Origin: a virus
Lineage: Duplodnaviria > Caudoviricetes
IMG/VR virus record: IMGVR_UViG_3300047160_007353
Coordinates: 11,335 to 75,334 of that record
Reading direction: 5' to 3' (one strand)
Length of the DNA stretch: 64,000 bases
Each line of letters opens with the position of its first letter. The stretch's first letter is position 1. Under the pieces are notes generated by a model, which did not search any database, was not told where the DNA came from, and saw only the letters and a list, made by a program, of their open reading frames with translations. Position numbers and translations under genes: made by a program. Below are positions 61,873-64,000 of this stretch, piece by piece.

Positions 61873-64000
61873 ATGACTACATATTACATAAAGCCCACGA
61901 CTTCCAGCGGCACCGGCACCGGGACTCTGGCGAACCCATGGGGGATCGACCAGCTTCTCAATAACGCGACCGACCCGGTTACCCAGGGCGTGGCTCTCAC
62001 GACCCTGGTTGCCGGCGACACGCTTTACTTTCTGGCTGGCAGCTATCACGTCACGGGAAGTGCCAACCCCTCCAACTACAGCTTCCAGCTAATCGGGCCT
62101 TCCGTCTCGGGAACCTCGAACGCCCCAATCACGATCGCTGCCGCGCCTGGCCAGACCGTCAACTTCTTCTTGGACTCCGGCAGCCAATCGCTTTTCGGCA
62201 CCAACCACAACTACGTGCGGTATCTGGGTTTCACGGTCCAGCCAACGTCCACATACGTCTCTGGATCGATAACCGAGGTTGCCAAGCCTTTTGACATCGG
62301 GGGGACCGGCTGCGAGGTTGCCTACAACGAGGCAATCGGAGCCACGGTCGCCACCCAGGACAACCACGAAGCTGTTCAGGTTTTTGGAACCCAGGGTTCC
62401 GACACGCTCGGAAACTCGCCATGGGTCCACCACAACTACCTTCATGGCTTTGCCGGCAACTCGTTCAACAGCTCCGGTATCAAGATATATTACTCCTCGC
62501 ACGCGATCTTCGAGGACAACTACATCACCGGATGCAACGCCGGTGTCTACGACAAGGGATGGTCCCCGACTCCGAAGTACACCTACAACGATCACACCTG
62601 GCGTCGGAACTGGATAACCAACAACAGCCAGTATCAGTTCGTGGGGAATAACCAGGCCGCCCCGGCCCGCTTCCATATCTACGACAACGTTCTCGACGGA
62701 GTCCAGCCGGCCAACTTCAACACGCTCCAGAATGGCAACCAGATCTACAACAACTTCATGCGAAGCCTGGCGTCTGCTCCTGGGGGGCAGATCATAGAGG
62801 GGCCGGGCTACGTCATGATGATGGCCGACACGATCGGCGGAGGCCAGGTCTACCGGAACGAGGTCTGGAACAACGTGATGCTCCAGGGCGGCACCAAGGG
62901 AGTCGAGGCTTACCATAGCTTCGATACCTTCATGGTCACAGGCCCCACGGCTCCGTTCGCCTACACCGACTACAATTTCTACGATGGCACCCCGGGCTGG
63001 GACTTCAATAACGTCAACTTCACGCTTGCCCAATTCCAGGCCGACGGATTCGAGGCGCACTCCCAGTCCGGGGCCTCTCAGGCAACCTTCTATCCGAACG
63101 TTGCGTTGGGCGACTACACGCTCGCTTCCGCCTACTTGACTGCCGGCCGGTTCGGGGACTCGATCGGACCCCGGTATCCGGTCAACTCGATTATCAACCC
63201 CCTCCGCTATGGTCCCGGCAACTTCAATCCGGCCCAAGGCCCGCAGATCACGGCTCAGCCGGCCAACCAGTCAGCCCCGGCTCTCGGCACTGCGAGGTTT
63301 CAGGTCGTGGCCAGTGCGACCGGCGACACCATTTTTTACCAGTGGCAGAAGTCCACAGACAGCGGTGCCACCTGGCAGACCCTCCAGGGTGCCAATGCGT
63401 CGGCCTACACGACCCCGAGCCTGACGACCGCCGACAACGGCACACTCTTCCGGGTCCTGCTCTCCAACACCAACGACAGCGCCCAGAGCCAGACTGCGAC
63501 GCTGACGATCACCAGCGGGTCAGCCCGGCCGACCAGCAGCTCCGACCTGTTCACGCTCACGACCGCAGCCACCGAGCATACGCTGTTCGCCTGGCCGGTC
63601 ACCGCCGCGACCACGGTCACTTTCACCGGCGTAGCTGGCGAATCCACGATCCACAACACGAACAAGCAGGTTGCAGCCAGCTCCCTGGTAACCTTCTCTG
63701 CGATAGCCACCCAAGTTGAACTCTTCCCGAACTGGACGGTGTCGGCTTCTGATGCCTTTCAGCTTTCGAGTTCAAACCTCGTCGCACACTTCACGGCATC
63801 ACCATCACTAGCCTGTTACGGCAGCCCGATCGTGATCCTGCCGGCCGACCCGGTGCCCGGTGTTCCACCGGCCCCGACGGTCACGATCATACCATCTCCG
63901 ACACCCACTCCAACACCAACACCTACCCCAACTCCCACTCCCACTCCCACTCCCACTCCCACCCCCACTCCCACCCCAACCCCGACGCCGACCCCCACTC
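61873..64000 (+). CDS. 3'-truncated beta-helix (pectate-lyase-like) + Ig-like + Pro-Thr linker protein, not in ORF track
   Basis: Translated by hand with no stop from 61873 to the window end. TYYIKP..GTGTLANPW, Asn-ladder repeats (HHNYL, EDNYI, YDNVL, YNNFM), PQITAQPANQ...YQWQKS...DNGTLFRV, then (TP)n. Confidence 0.8.
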   Translation, partial: MTTYYIKPTTSSGTGTGTLANPWGIDQLLNNATDPVTQGVALTTLVAGDTLYFLAGSYHVTGSANPSNYSFQLIGPSVSGTSNAPITIAAAPGQTVNFFLDSGSQSLFGTNHNYVRYLGFTVQPTSTYVSGSITEVAKPFDIGGTGCEVAYNEAIGATVATQDNHEAVQVFGTQGSDTLGNSPWVHHNYLHGFAGNSFNSSGIKIYYSSHAIFEDNYITGCNAGVYDKGWSPTPKYTYNDHTWRRNWITNNSQYQFVGNNQAAPARFHIYDNVLDGVQPANFNTLQNGNQIYNNFMRSLASAPGGQIIEGPGYVMMMADTIGGGQVYRNEVWNNVMLQGGTKGVEAYHSFDTFMVTGPTAPFAYTDYNFYDGTPGWDFNNVNFTLAQFQADGFEAHSQSGASQATFYPNVALGDYTLASAYLTAGRFGDSIGPRYPVNSIINPLRYGPGNFNPAQGPQITAQPANQSAPALGTARFQVVASATGDTIFYQWQKSTDSGATWQTLQGANASAYTTPSLTTADNGTLFRVLLSNTNDSAQSQTATLTITSGSARPTSSSDLFTLTTAATEHTLFAWPVTAATTVTFTGVAGESTIHNTNKQVAASSLVTFSAIATQVELFPNWTVSASDAFQLSSSNLVAHFTASPSLACYGSPIVILPADPVPGVPPAPTVTIIPSPTPTPTPTPTPTPTPTPTPTPTPTPTPTPTPTPT

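Noticed and set aside
63816-63998. Poly-GV ORF on the minus strand
   Set aside because: It is the antisense shadow of the Pro-Thr linker.
58593-64000. Diversity-generating retroelement acting on tail genes
   Set aside because: No reverse transcriptase and no template/variable repeat pair differing at adenines was seen.
1-64000. tRNA/rRNA genes, IS elements, stop-codon reassignment
   Set aside because: No cloverleaf, rRNA or transposase was recognised by eye, and the long genes are intact under the standard code. tRNAscan-SE was not run.

Overview
This window looks like the interior of a large tailed dsDNA phage or prophage, GC-rich by eye and using the standard genetic code. Both window ends fall inside virion genes. 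No host housekeeping genes, rRNA, tRNA or CRISPR array were recognised. The host is plausibly a Planctomycete, which is a weak inference from recalled protein families. Layout: (1) 1-12.2 kb (+): large putative internal-virion/ejection proteins, one carrying three tandem HExxH zincin modules, plus nucleotide and phosphoesterase enzymes. (2) 12.2-31.8 kb (mostly -): many small early-type genes, a sigma-70 lacking region 4, a SNF2-like helicase, a DUF6094-like methyltransferase, a serine recombinase and a repeat-rich non-coding gap near 28 kb. (3) 31.9-37.2 kb (+): scaffold, major capsid, decoration protein, a promoter-to-terminator structured RNA and a glycosyltransferase. (4) 37.3-53.2 kb (-): putative lysis-like cassette, second sigma-like factor, RusA, MazG-like protein, DNA MTase, helicase, ParB, an iteron-like array, Prim-Pol and a Rad52-like annealase. 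(5) 53.3-64 kb (+): terminase, portal, head-tail and tail-appendage genes. The strongest unexplained signals are a 23-bp imperfect palindrome (TGAAACCTC-N5-GAGGCTTCA) found 8 times plus one half-site, always at gene junctions and once directly upstream of a ParB gene; the triple-zincin virion protein with DNA-conserved module linkers; and an ~210-nt structured ncRNA candidate. All family assignments come from motif recognition by eye and were not searched against databases.
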